64,000 nt of DNA from Antedon mediterranea (taxonomy: Eukaryota > Animalia > Echinodermata), in NCBI RefSeq assembly GCF_964355755.1, contig NC_092672.1, forward strand, positions 22,705,237 through 22,769,236, in the 5' to 3' direction. The notes below the pieces were generated by a model that saw nothing but the letters and a program-made list of their open reading frames with translations, made no database searches and had not been told where the DNA came from. Shown in pieces: positions 63,502 through 64,000 of this stretch; positions within the stretch are counted from its first letter, which is position 1; every line of letters starts with the position of its first letter. Position numbers and translations under genes: made by a program.

Positions 63502-64000
63502 GTAAGTTCAGCAATACTAGAGTACAAATTATACAAATCACTGGTGCATTGTATTTCAGATTAAATTTCATGGGAAGGGGCTTTATTTTAGATTTTGGAT
63601 CATTTGCCATAAGTAGCATTTAGTGTATACTTTTACTGCTTCCTTATCTATTATTGTAATAGAAGTGTAGATACATACAGGTAATGATTCAACAAATTAC
63701 ATGTAATAGAATTTAAACAATAACTATGAAGCGGTTAAAATATGTGCAACAAGATCATCATCATCATCACCCTTCATAAATGAATAGAATAAACTTTAAA
63801 ACGTCATTAAAGACAAGCAATTACCCATAATGTTTAATGTCTGGTAAACAAGCATCATGACACTAGCAGTGGCACTGTGGCTTGGTGTATTACTGTACAT
63901 TAGTCCTTGGTTAAATTCATAATACTAAGATGTTTCTCATGACCCAACAACAACACCGCAATTTACATAGACGAGTGATAATGGTAAGCGGTAAACTGCA

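Overview
AT-rich, intron-rich eukaryotic DNA, probably a marine invertebrate (inference); not prokaryotic, no CRISPR. Gene structures were reconstructed by hand from GT-AG sites and exon phases. (1) Minus strand: an apparently complete 23-exon myosin-XIX-like gene (27285-48574, about 1096 aa) with an N-terminal SH3-like segment, three IQ-like motifs and an atypical tail. (2) Plus strand, left: two tandem Roco-type blocks with near-identical COR exons but different death-fold tails (COR + tandem DED, 9049-14717; 3' Roc + COR + three death domains, 15698-22196). (3) Plus strand, right: the 5' half of OGFOD2 (50410-52453, exon 1 broken by a 6-bp insertion) in compatible phase with a third Roc-COR block (54323-63501+). 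Just upstream is an inverted copy of the putative MYO19 first exon and its 5' region, which could supply the start codon, giving a candidate three-part chimeric gene. Many MYO19 exon-intron junctions are tandemly amplified into arrays of extra splice sites. The rest is locus-specific minisatellites, TIR elements (TTAA/Kolobok-like and others), a tRNA-containing repeat (3 copies), and LINE, DIRS-gag and Penelope-like remnants.
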